From Patescibacteria group bacterium (GTDB lineage Bacteria > Patescibacteriota > Minisyncoccia > Phycocordibacterales > CAIZLB01): a stretch of 64,000 bases of DNA. The stretch covers positions 7,650 to 71,649 of the forward strand of contig JAZKJG010000001.1 in assembly GCA_040384445.1 (NCBI GenBank). Reading direction: 5' to 3'. Both the position numbers and the translations under genes were made by a program. Of the stretch, positions 44,785 to 53,910 are shown one piece after another; within the stretch, counting starts at the first letter, position 1; each line of letters starts with the position of its first letter. The notes below the pieces were generated by a model that saw nothing but the letters and a program-made list of their open reading frames with translations, ran no database searches and had not been told where the DNA came from.

Positions 44785-46503
44785 ATGAACTTCAAAGATT
44801 TGGTAAAAACCTATAAGGGGTGGACTATTTCAATCATTCTACTCGGGTTTGTTGCAAATGTGCTTGCCTTATCAGTTCCTAAGTTTGCTGCGGAAGCAAT
44901 AGACGATGGAATGTTTTCAACATGGACACCAACACTTACTATTCTTGTAATTATTGCATGTGCGACACTCATTGTTGCTGCAATCCAGATGTATGTATCT
45001 ACATATTTATCTGAAAAAATTGCCCTAGATCTCCGAAACACTCTTATCAACAAAATATCTAAACAATCTTTCCAGTATGTTGATGAATCTACTCCTGGAA
45101 ATCTTCAGACTGTGTTTACTGCAGATGTTGATGCGGTGAAGATGGTAATCTCTCAAGGATTCGTAACACTGTTCGGTGCCGTTCTGACACTTTTAGGTAG
45201 TGCATATTTTTTGTTGACTACAAACTTTCGGCTGGGTTTGTATACGCTCGCGGTGATTCCATTTCTTGGATTAAGCTTCTTTTTAATTTTTGGAACGGTT
45301 GCAAAGCTTTTTCAAGAGGCGCAGGAAAACATGGAAAGTATATATGCGCATATTAACGAAACAGTTACAGGGTCTGGACTCATCAGAGTATTGAATGCAG
45401 GTAAAAGTGAGATCAAAAAATTTACAGCAGTAATCACAGATTCAAAACGAATTGGTATGGGAATTGTAAAAGGATTTGCAGCTCTCATACCTGCTGTTAC
45501 GTTTCTGGCAAATGTCGCTACGCTTATTATTATTTGGTTTGGGGGTCGACAGGTGATTAGTCAGACGATGACTATCGGAGATTTTAGTGCATTCTTGTCG
45601 TATTCTGCAATGTTTATTTGGCCACTTTTTGTATTGTCATTTGTAGGAACTGCGATTTCTCGAGGTGTAATTTCACTTAAAAGAATTAGTGAAGTTGTGA
45701 ATGCAAATGTAAGAGAAGAATCGGGAACATATGACGGTCCTATTAAAGGAGATATTGAATTTAAAAATGTATCACTCGTGTATAAAACTGCACTTGGGGA
45801 AGAAAAAACTGTGCTGAAAAATATTTCATTTAAAATTAAAGCTCAAACAAAAAATGCAATCGTAGGTCCAACAGCAGCAGGAAAGTCACAGCTCTTTTAT
45901 CTGATGTCAGGATTAGTGCAACCAACGAGTGGAGAAGTTTGGATTGATGGGCGACCGATGAGTGAATACAAAATAAGTAGTTTCTTAACTCATGTTGGAT
46001 TGGTCTTTCAAGATAGTATTTTATTTAACACAACGGTGCGCGAGAATGTGGCATTTACAAATGAACAAATCCACAACGATGAATCACTTCAAAAAGCCCT
46101 AGATACTGCAGAGTTATCATTGCTTATTAAAGAACTTCCTAAAGGGTTAGATACTCTCGTAAGTGAGCGTGGAACAAGTTTGTCTGGAGGACAGAAACAA
46201 CGTCTTATGCTTGCCCGAGCTCTGGCTGTAAATCCTCAAATTCTGCTTCTTGATGACTTTACTGCTCGAGTGGATCAAAGTACTGAGAAGTCTATTCTTG
46301 CAAATGTAGCAACAAACTATCCTGATGCGACACTTGTTTCTATTACGCAAAAAATTGAACCAATTAAAAACTACGAGCAAATAATTGTTCTTATGGAAGG
46401 TGAGGTTGTTGGGATTGGAACTCATGATTCGTTGCTCAACGATTCATTTGAATATAAGCAAATTTTTGAATCTCAAATGTCTACTGAAACATTAACAAAA
46501 TAA
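44785..46503 (+). CDS. ABC transporter, fused permease/ATP-binding protein (MsbA-like exporter; start set at MNFKDL, ORF open from GTG 44752)
   Basis: Six-TM N-terminal domain. Walker A GPTAAGKSQ. Signature LSGGQKQR. Walker B ILLLDD. Confidence 0.85.
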   Translation: MNFKDLVKTYKGWTISIILLGFVANVLALSVPKFAAEAIDDGMFSTWTPTLTILVIIACATLIVAAIQMYVSTYLSEKIALDLRNTLINKISKQSFQYVDESTPGNLQTVFTADVDAVKMVISQGFVTLFGAVLTLLGSAYFLLTTNFRLGLYTLAVIPFLGLSFFLIFGTVAKLFQEAQENMESIYAHINETVTGSGLIRVLNAGKSEIKKFTAVITDSKRIGMGIVKGFAALIPAVTFLANVATLIIIWFGGRQVISQTMTIGDFSAFLSYSAMFIWPLFVLSFVGTAISRGVISLKRISEVVNANVREESGTYDGPIKGDIEFKNVSLVYKTALGEEKTVLKNISFKIKAQTKNAIVGPTAAGKSQLFYLMSGLVQPTSGEVWIDGRPMSEYKISSFLTHVGLVFQDSILFNTTVRENVAFTNEQIHNDESLQKALDTAELSLLIKELPKGLDTLVSERGTSLSGGQKQRLMLARALAVNPQILLLDDFTARVDQSTEKSILANVATNYPDATLVSITQKIEPIKNYEQIIVLMEGEVVGIGTHDSLLNDSFEYKQIFESQMSTETLTK

Positions 46504-46508
46504 ATTAT

Positions 46509-48260
46509 ATGACTTCACTTACATATGTATTAGAAAAAGGAAAAAATACGAGTGCCTCACTAAAGGATTTTTATGTGTATCTTAAGGAGGACAAGGTGAA
46601 AATGATTTTCGCTTCTATCTGCATTTTCCTGAACTCAATTGTAAACATGTTGGCCCCATATCTGATCGGAAAAGCAGTTGATACATATATTTCTGTTGGT
46701 AATGAAGCAGGACTTCTTACTATTGTATATATATTAATGATTGCATTTGTATTTACTTTAATCACTGGTTACGTGCGAGAAATTCTTATAGGTCAAATTT
46801 CTCAAGGTGCATTATATAAACTTCGAGATGCTCTGTTTAAAAAACTGCAATCACTTCCAATTGCGTTTTTCAATCAAAACAAAGCTGGAGATTTGATGTC
46901 TCGAATTAACAATGATACAGATAAAATCAATCAATTTCTTTCACAAAGTGTGAGTCAGTTTATTGGTATCCTATTCACACTAGTTGGAATTCTTTGTTTT
47001 ACATTTTCAATGAATGTAAAAATGACGCTTGTAATGATGTCATCAATCGCACTTCTGTATGTAATTACATGGTTACTCACTCCATGGATTCGAAGAGAAA
47101 ACAAAAAGAGTCTTGAAGCAGTAGGAAATTTTTCTGCAACTCTGCAAGAAAACCTAACAAACTTCCGAGTTGTTGCAGCATACGGTAAGAGAGATTATTT
47201 ACAAAAAAGTTTATCAACTGCGAACGAAGGGACTTTTAAAAGCGCACTTTCATCAGGCGTAGGAAACAGAGTATTCGAGCCGATCTATGATTTCGGTGGG
47301 GCAGCTGCACTTATTGCAGTTCTGGCATATGGATTTCATTTGATATCTATTGGTGAAGTAACCATAGGTGTACTTATTGCCTTTGTTGCATATACACAAA
47401 AGTTTTATGACCCTATGCGGTATCTTGCTGCTATATTCGGTACAGTACAACTTGCTACTGCTGCATGGACCCGAGTGCAAGAAATTTTCCAGTTAAAAAA
47501 CAATTTAAAATCTCCTGAGTCGTTACCAGAGAAAGTGGATGAATATTCACAACACAAAGATTTAAGATTGGAACTTCAAGATGTATCATTTGCATATGAA
47601 GGGGGTGAATCCGTGATTGAAAACGCGAATCTGCAATTTGAAAAAGGAAAAACATACGCACTTATTGGTCCGACAGGAGGAGGAAAGTCAACGCTTGCAA
47701 GTTTGATGACTCATTTGTATGATCCAACTTCTGGAAATATTTATCTGAACGGTAAAAATATTTACATGTATACACAAGAAGAAAGAGCAAAAGAAATTAG
47801 TGTGATACTTCAGGATCCTATTCTCTTCAACGGTACGGTTGCTGAAAATATCACATATGGAAATGATGTTGAGAATTTGGAAAAAGTTCTTGAGGAAAAA
47901 GGATTTAAGGATGTTATTACTCGATTTGAAAGTGGATTAACAACATTGGTAAGCCAAAACGGTGCAGGATTAAGTATTGGACAGAAACAATTGATTTCAT
48001 TTATGCGGGCAATTCTCCGATCTCCTAAACTATTGATTCTTGATGAGGCAACTGCAAACATTGATACGGTAACTGAAGCAATGCTTAATAAGACGCTTGA
48101 GATTTTGCCTAAAGACACAACGAAAGTAATCATTGCACATCGATTAAACACCATTAAAGAGGCTGATGAGATTATGTTTGTAAATGGTCATCATGTAACT
48201 CCTGCAGGTAGTTACGAACACGCTATCTCACTTATCTCTGCTGCTAAGCGAAACAGTTAA
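46509..48260 (+). CDS. ABC transporter, fused permease/ATP-binding protein (second half of probable heterodimeric exporter)
   Basis: Six-TM domain. Walker A GPTGGGKST. Signature LSIGQKQL. Walker B LLILDEATANID. 5-nt gap from the preceding paralogue. Confidence 0.85.
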   Translation: MTSLTYVLEKGKNTSASLKDFYVYLKEDKVKMIFASICIFLNSIVNMLAPYLIGKAVDTYISVGNEAGLLTIVYILMIAFVFTLITGYVREILIGQISQGALYKLRDALFKKLQSLPIAFFNQNKAGDLMSRINNDTDKINQFLSQSVSQFIGILFTLVGILCFTFSMNVKMTLVMMSSIALLYVITWLLTPWIRRENKKSLEAVGNFSATLQENLTNFRVVAAYGKRDYLQKSLSTANEGTFKSALSSGVGNRVFEPIYDFGGAAALIAVLAYGFHLISIGEVTIGVLIAFVAYTQKFYDPMRYLAAIFGTVQLATAAWTRVQEIFQLKNNLKSPESLPEKVDEYSQHKDLRLELQDVSFAYEGGESVIENANLQFEKGKTYALIGPTGGGKSTLASLMTHLYDPTSGNIYLNGKNIYMYTQEERAKEISVILQDPILFNGTVAENITYGNDVENLEKVLEEKGFKDVITRFESGLTTLVSQNGAGLSIGQKQLISFMRAILRSPKLLILDEATANIDTVTEAMLNKTLEILPKDTTKVIIAHRLNTIKEADEIMFVNGHHVTPAGSYEHAISLISAAKRNS

Positions 48261-48261
48261 T

Positions 48262-48504
48262 ATGTATTTTGTGTATATTCTGAAGTGTAATGATGGAACG
48301 TTGTATACCGGTTCGACAAATGATATTGAGAAAAGAGTGGTTACACATAACTCAGGTGCTACTGGTGCAAAATATACAAAAGCGAGGCGCCCAGTAGAAC
48401 TTATATATCAAGAAGAATTTGAAACAAAAAGCCAGGCACTCAAAAGAGAATGGGAAATAAAAAAGTTATCTCGCCGAGATAAGCTTACGCTTTTTTCTCA
48501 ATAA
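48262..48504 (+). CDS. GIY-YIG domain protein (YhbQ/UPF0213-like, 80 aa)
   Basis: FVYILKCNDGTLYTGSTNDIEKRVVTHN GIY-YIG motif. Start 1 nt after the upstream stop. Confidence 0.75.
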   Translation: MYFVYILKCNDGTLYTGSTNDIEKRVVTHNSGATGAKYTKARRPVELIYQEEFETKSQALKREWEIKKLSRRDKLTLFSQ

Positions 48505-49066
48505 TTCTCATACCCCAAGGTGATGATTCTGGAAGCCGTTCTTTCCTTGAAAGTCTAAATTGATAGAGTGAAAATATAATTGTGACAAGGGTGGCGATAC
48601 CTTTGTAGACAACCCAGTCTTCTGCGGTTAAATTAATTCGTGCTATTTCATTTGCAACTGTTAATATGGTGAACAAAATTGCCCATCTATATGTGAGCAT
48701 TCTCCAGCCAGCATCTGTCATTGCAAATAGTCCCCGAAAAAGAGGTTGTAAAAGTGATTTTTGAAAGGCGAGTCCTATAAATAAAACTGCTGCAAATATT
48801 CCATTGTATAACGTATCTTTAATGATTATAAAAAATGGATTATTAAGAATAATGGTAAGTAATCCAAATCCAATAACACTCACTCCAACAATGAGTGGGA
48901 ACCATGCAAGCTCTCTTCGTTCTAAAAAGGCAATAATAAGCGAGAGAGATGTGAGTACTACAAAAATAAGAACCGCTGTCATAAAACTCAGTAATTCTGA
49001 GGTGATCAGGAATACGATAATTGGCCCAAATTCGATACTGAGGTTTAAGAATAGTTTTTTTAACAT
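48485..49066 (-). CDS. YciB/IspZ-family inner-membrane (septation protein A-like) protein (start set at MLKKLF)
   Basis: Five TM helices. The NNPFFIIIKDTLYNGIFAAVLFIGLAFQKSLLQPLFRG...W..L...WA.LF...TVANEI region aligns by eye with E. coli YciB. Confidence 0.55.
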   Translation of the reverse strand: MLKKLFLNLSIEFGPIIVFLITSELLSFMTAVLIFVVLTSLSLIIAFLERRELAWFPLIVGVSVIGFGLLTIILNNPFFIIIKDTLYNGIFAAVLFIGLAFQKSLLQPLFRGLFAMTDAGWRMLTYRWAILFTILTVANEIARINLTAEDWVVYKGIATLVTIIFSLYQFRLSRKERLPESSPWGMRIIEKKA

Positions 49067-49314
49067 GCTGTAAGTATATATGATTGAACGTGAATGTGTA
49101 GTATAATAACAATGGTGCAACTTATTAACATAATCATATAAAAAATATTATGCTTACAACAATCGCAACAATATTATTAATCCTATGGCTACTAGGTGTA
49201 GTTGGAGTGTACACAATCGGTAACTTCATCCACATCCTATTGGTTGTAGCAATTGTTATGTTTCTTATCAGAGTTATCCAGGGTCGAAACCCTATCCAAT
49301 AATCCCTTACATAT

Positions 49315-49611
49315 ATGATCATCTTTCTTGTTGTCGGTCTTATCCTCGGCGCACTTAGTGTAGTGTTCGCATTGCAAAATGTTGTGCCAATCACTGTCAC
49401 TTTCTTTGTTTGGCAAATGGAAGGTTCTCTTGCTTTAATTCTTCTGTTAGCTGTTCTCATGGGTGTTATCATCTGTGGGATGCTCAGTATTCCAGAAATG
49501 ATTCGGAATCACTTGAGATTTAAAGCATTGAAAAAAGAACTTGCAGCAGTAAAAGCAGAAAAAGACAGAGTGATAATTCATGACACAGATATTATTCCAC
49601 CTTTAATATAG
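49315..49611 (+). CDS. LapA-domain (DUF1049) small membrane protein (98 aa)
   Basis: Two TM helices with FALQNVVPITVTF signature, followed by a charged coiled tail (LKKELAAVKAEKDR). Confidence 0.55.
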   Translation: MIIFLVVGLILGALSVVFALQNVVPITVTFFVWQMEGSLALILLLAVLMGVIICGMLSIPEMIRNHLRFKALKKELAAVKAEKDRVIIHDTDIIPPLI

Positions 49612-49679
49612 GTTGAATGTATACGTATAAAACACCAGCAGAGTTTAATCTCACTGGTGTTTTATATTTATATAATAAA

Positions 49680-50456
49680 TCAGAAACATTTATTCTGCTT
49701 AACTCGTTCGAGCGCAAGTATAAGTATGATTGCTACAACCCATACAGAAGAGAATACAAGGAATGCTGATGAGCCATTGTCGATCGTCAGATACACATTA
49801 AATGCCCAATGAATAAGACAGGCTAATACTATTCCAAACCAAATATACGCTTCTTTTTTCCAAAATGATTTACAAAACGAGAGTCCGATGCAGACAGAAA
49901 GTGCTCCTGAAGATGCAACATGGAGCACACTTGAACCAATAAATCGCATATATCCTGTAATAATAGATTCAAGTGTTGCACCAGCAAGAAGGGGTTGTAT
50001 AAGATATAGTGTGTTTTCCATTGCAGCAAATCCAACAGCTGCAGTCATAAGATAAATAAACCCATCAATCGGTTCATCAAATATTTTTGTTTTAAATGCA
50101 ATCACATATGCTGCGCCAAATTTTGTGACTTCTTCTATGATTACAAAAATAAGTGTCAGAAGATGATTGTTTCCGAGTTGGTGCTCAAAATCAGTTACAC
50201 CAATTGACGTGGCTTTTCCAATAAGAAAGACTGCAATACTCTTTTGTAGAAGGTATGAAATAAATACAGCAAGCATCCCCAGAAGAAATACTTTTACAAT
50301 TACCACTCGTGGTTCTTTATGTTCGTGTTTTTCATGCATCCAAAACCAAAGCCAAAAAAGTGCAGGTACAAATCCACCAAGTAGTGCATATACAAAAACA
50401 GTTATTGTTTGTGGGGAAGAAGAAAGTATATGCAGAAGGATCTCGTGTGCATTCAT
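49680..50456 (-). CDS. PrsW-like intramembrane metalloprotease family protein (258 aa)
   Basis: Multi-TM. EEVTK (EExxK). FAAMEN (FxxxE). HWAFN (HxxxN). Confidence 0.55.
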   Translation of the reverse strand: MNAHEILLHILSSSPQTITVFVYALLGGFVPALFWLWFWMHEKHEHKEPRVVIVKVFLLGMLAVFISYLLQKSIAVFLIGKATSIGVTDFEHQLGNNHLLTLIFVIIEEVTKFGAAYVIAFKTKIFDEPIDGFIYLMTAAVGFAAMENTLYLIQPLLAGATLESIITGYMRFIGSSVLHVASSGALSVCIGLSFCKSFWKKEAYIWFGIVLACLIHWAFNVYLTIDNGSSAFLVFSSVWVVAIILILALERVKQNKCF

Positions 50457-50463
50457 ATATCAG

Positions 50464-51687
50464 CTAGTATACCTCATCTATTCGCCATCCTCCACGTGCG
50501 ACGAGTGAATCCAAATCTGTAACGAAGCTTTTTTGTTGTAGTAATCCTTGAATACCTGCTAATCCGATCATGATTGCATTATCTGTTGCTAGATCAAACT
50601 CGGGTTTAAAGCAGAATACATCGTTTGATACACACCATGAATCAATAGTTTCTCGGATATATGTATTGGCAATAACACCTCCAGCCACGATAAGAGTTTT
50701 TGTTTCTGGTTTTAATGTGTATGCAAAATTTAATTTTCGAGCCAAGACTTCCACCACAGATTCTTCAAATTCGTAGCAAATGAGATTTAAAATTTCTTCT
50801 GATATTTCCTGAACTTTTTTAATATCTCTTACTAAGTACAAGACTGCGGTTTTTAATCCTGAAAATGAAAAATCGAGATTCTGGCTATGGATCATTGGGC
50901 GAGGGAGTTTAATATTGTATTTCTCACACAGTTTCGTAGCCTTTTCTTTTGTGTATACATCTCGAATTACTTTCGCATGCCAACTGATTGCAGGGCCACC
51001 AGGATATGGAAGATTTAAAATCCGTGCAGCTTTATCATATGCTTCTCCAACCGCATCGTCTCGAGTTTTTCCGATCACTTCGTATGTTCCCCAATTTTCT
51101 ATTGCCACAACCTCTGTGTGACCTCCAGATATAAGAAGTGCAAGAGCAGGGAATACGATGTCTGATTTTTCTGCAAGAAGCACTGATGCTATATGACCCT
51201 CCATATGATTCACTGGTAGGATTGATAAATCCCAAAGGATTGATAAAAATTTTGTAAATGAAATTCCAACCCAGAGCGCAGGTTCAAGTCCAGGCCCTGC
51301 AGTTACAACAAGTGCATCGATGTGTGGTTTAGAGTATAAAATACTATTCTCATTTTCTAATTCCTTTTTACAAATTTCTTGTAGTTCGGTTTCTCTATCT
51401 AAATGTTTGATAGCTTCTTGAATTTTTTCAACACTCAAAGAAATTTTAGAATATGCAACATTTTTCTTTGCTATGGTCTCAGTCACCACATTTCCCAAAA
51501 GATGCATGAGGTTATGACCATGTTCACGTTTCGCAAGCATAGGGAATACTCCACCATATGGAGCGTGGGCATCAATCTGACTATGTAAGGCGTTTGCAAG
51601 GGAAATGTACTTGTTCGTATCAGAATACTGTACAAATGCTACTCCCGTTTCATCACAGCTTGTTTCTATGGCTAGAACCGTTTTCAT
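50464..51687 (-). CDS. tsaD: tRNA N6-adenosine threonylcarbamoyltransferase TsaD (407 aa, with ~40-60 aa of insertions)
   Basis: MKTVLAIETSCDETGVAFV N-terminus. VNHMEGH metal site. VAGGVIAN and FKPEFDLATDNAIMIG C-terminal blocks. Confidence 0.88.
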   Translation of the reverse strand: MKTVLAIETSCDETGVAFVQYSDTNKYISLANALHSQIDAHAPYGGVFPMLAKREHGHNLMHLLGNVVTETIAKKNVAYSKISLSVEKIQEAIKHLDRETELQEICKKELENENSILYSKPHIDALVVTAGPGLEPALWVGISFTKFLSILWDLSILPVNHMEGHIASVLLAEKSDIVFPALALLISGGHTEVVAIENWGTYEVIGKTRDDAVGEAYDKAARILNLPYPGGPAISWHAKVIRDVYTKEKATKLCEKYNIKLPRPMIHSQNLDFSFSGLKTAVLYLVRDIKKVQEISEEILNLICYEFEESVVEVLARKLNFAYTLKPETKTLIVAGGVIANTYIRETIDSWCVSNDVFCFKPEFDLATDNAIMIGLAGIQGLLQQKSFVTDLDSLVARGGWRIDEVY

Positions 51688-51780
51688 GTTGTTTATACTG
51701 ACACATTAAGTGGGGTATGTAAATTGCACGTATAATTGTCAACAGTGACGTTTTCAAGAATTATAACGTATACTTATGAT

Positions 51781-52764
51781 ATGAAAAAAACAATACAAGT
51801 GTTAGCTTTTGCAGTTGTTGCAATCGTAGCACCACATATACACGCTGGAGTTGTTGAAAATAAAGTTGTAACTCTTTTATCTCAGACTCTTATTAATGAA
51901 ACTGTAGACTCTGCAGTTTCATTTGATATTGGGGTAAATGCAAAAACCACAACAACACAAGTAGGTGAAAAAACTAAGACAGAAAACATGTCAGGATCTG
52001 CAAATTTTGTTGCTATAAGTAACGTTGCAACAAAATTAAGCCAGGTAAAAGGAAATATTTCTTTAAAAGCACCTCAATTACCACAAGCCATATCTCTACC
52101 GTTACAAGTGATTAGTCAAGAAGATTCCACAAACAAGGCAACTGTATATTTTTTAATGTACCCCGAGTATTCTGTAATTGCAAAAATGTTTTTAGGTACT
52201 GATGCACTAGATAAAATATCAGGTAAATGGATTAAGGTAAGTTCTGGAGAATTTTTCAATCAAACAAAATCTTCACCTGAAAAAGATAGTGCTCGAGCAA
52301 AATATAAATCAGTGTGGAATAATACTACATGGTTTACGGCAAAGTCACTGAAAAATGGTAATGTGACAACATATACGATTAAGCCAAATCCAGCAGTTCT
52401 CTATGCAAAATTAGAAAAATCAGGTGCATTTACTACTAGTTCATATACAACACCTGCAGAAAAAGCTAAGAAAAAGGCTGCAATACTTTCTATGCTTCGA
52501 AATGCAGTGATTCAGCTAGATGAAAAAGATGGGAAACTGGCAGGATATAGAGTTACGTTCTCAATTACTGACAAAAACACATCATCGACGTATAATAGTA
52601 AAAATAAAAAAGTAGCTGTAACTGATACTACATTTGCAAATGTAACAATCAAAGGCGCTTTACTTCCAAATCAAATCATTACACTTCCTGCAGCATCAGA
52701 TACACTTACTCAAGAAGCTCTTGAAAATTTGATGTCAAGTCCATCGACAATAAGAGGCTATTAA
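51781..52764 (+). CDS. Secreted hypothetical protein (start set at MKKTIQVLAF signal peptide; ORF open from 51736)
   Basis: Signal peptide. Thr/Lys-rich beta-type composition. No family recognised. Confidence 0.5.
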   Translation: MKKTIQVLAFAVVAIVAPHIHAGVVENKVVTLLSQTLINETVDSAVSFDIGVNAKTTTTQVGEKTKTENMSGSANFVAISNVATKLSQVKGNISLKAPQLPQAISLPLQVISQEDSTNKATVYFLMYPEYSVIAKMFLGTDALDKISGKWIKVSSGEFFNQTKSSPEKDSARAKYKSVWNNTTWFTAKSLKNGNVTTYTIKPNPAVLYAKLEKSGAFTTSSYTTPAEKAKKKAAILSMLRNAVIQLDEKDGKLAGYRVTFSITDKNTSSTYNSKNKKVAVTDTTFANVTIKGALLPNQIITLPAASDTLTQEALENLMSSPSTIRGY

Positions 52765-52887
52765 TAGCCATATACAAAAAAACACCTTTTCTTATGTATA
52801 TATTTGTACATACAAGAATAAGATTACATATCTTTGATATGGTCTTAAAATTAAGAAGGTGTTTATATTTTTTAATCTATGAAAGTT

Positions 52888-53745
52888 TTAACTTGGGTAA
52901 AACATCATAGTGGGTCGGTCAGAAAAGAAACAAGGGTGATAGCTTCCTGACCATCGAGGGTGGTACATAAATCTTGAGAGTAGGATTTGCTGGATTGACT
53001 TGGTTTGTTTCAGGATCTGCTCTAATAAATAGATCTTAAAACCAAATCGATATGCTGAAGCGTTCACAACGCCAAACTCTAGAGAAGTTTCTTTTCTGTA
53101 TACAAACTTCTGTTCAAACTCTGCAAATTCCTTCAAATTCATTCGGGAACTGAACTTTTCTTGCGTTATTTGTTCGCAAAATAAATCCAAATCGAAGTGA
53201 GTTAAAAAAATCGCATTGCTGAGTGCAAGATCATGCTTCAAATTGATCGGTTCCTCATCACCAAAATCGTTTTCGGGTAGGGGATCTTTTTTGATAGGGA
53301 AATCAGATAGGGTTGTAACTAAATCTTTTCCAGAAAAAATAAGATCTACAAATACTGAATATGGATTATCTAATATTTGAGAGTAAATCTCTGGAAGCTT
53401 ACTTTTAGCAGGCTTAAAGTTAAGTGCTTTTTCAATCAACTCAAGCTGATAATGCTGCATATCAATTGACGGGCAAATGCATGGTAATATTGATAGTTGT
53501 TCAACCGCTTTTGTGAAAGCAGGAGAGCTCTTATCATATTTCTGCCGTGGCCGCTTTTTTTCTTGGAGTTTGTACCTCAGGAGTATATTTACTGGATGGT
53601 GAGGTTCAAAATGATCCAGCAGTAGATTAAGTTGATGAATTTGAAACTTTCGCTCCCATTCTAATTCCTTAGTCTGTTCTTTTAATTGCTTTTGGGCACG
53701 CCTCAAACTATTTAGCATGCGTTTAGGTGGCAATCTTCGTTTCAT
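52888..53745 (-). CDS. Hypothetical protein (285 aa)
   Basis: Long ORF, basic N-terminus, no recognisable motifs. Divergent from gyrA. Confidence 0.4.
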   Translation of the reverse strand: MKRRLPPKRMLNSLRRAQKQLKEQTKELEWERKFQIHQLNLLLDHFEPHHPVNILLRYKLQEKKRPRQKYDKSSPAFTKAVEQLSILPCICPSIDMQHYQLELIEKALNFKPAKSKLPEIYSQILDNPYSVFVDLIFSGKDLVTTLSDFPIKKDPLPENDFGDEEPINLKHDLALSNAIFLTHFDLDLFCEQITQEKFSSRMNLKEFAEFEQKFVYRKETSLEFGVVNASAYRFGFKIYLLEQILKQTKSIQQILLSRFMYHPRWSGSYHPCFFSDRPTMMFYPS

Positions 53746-53910
53746 TGTAATGTTCTATACGTTGTTGGTGGCAGGGAAACTGTTTCCATGCACAAAGCAA
53801 GATTACAACAATATATTTAATATGTCAAATATTTCAATACTATATAATGTCACATATTTATACAAACTCAAGTCTAACCATCATCAAAATATGTTATACT
53901 TACGTCCATT

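Noticed and set aside
52890-52990. Possible small RNA (a GGUCAGGAAGC segment on the minus strand resembles part of SRP RNA domain IV)
   Set aside because: The match is only partial, the symmetric-loop partner sequences are absent, and the region lies inside the 3' end of a continuous ORF.
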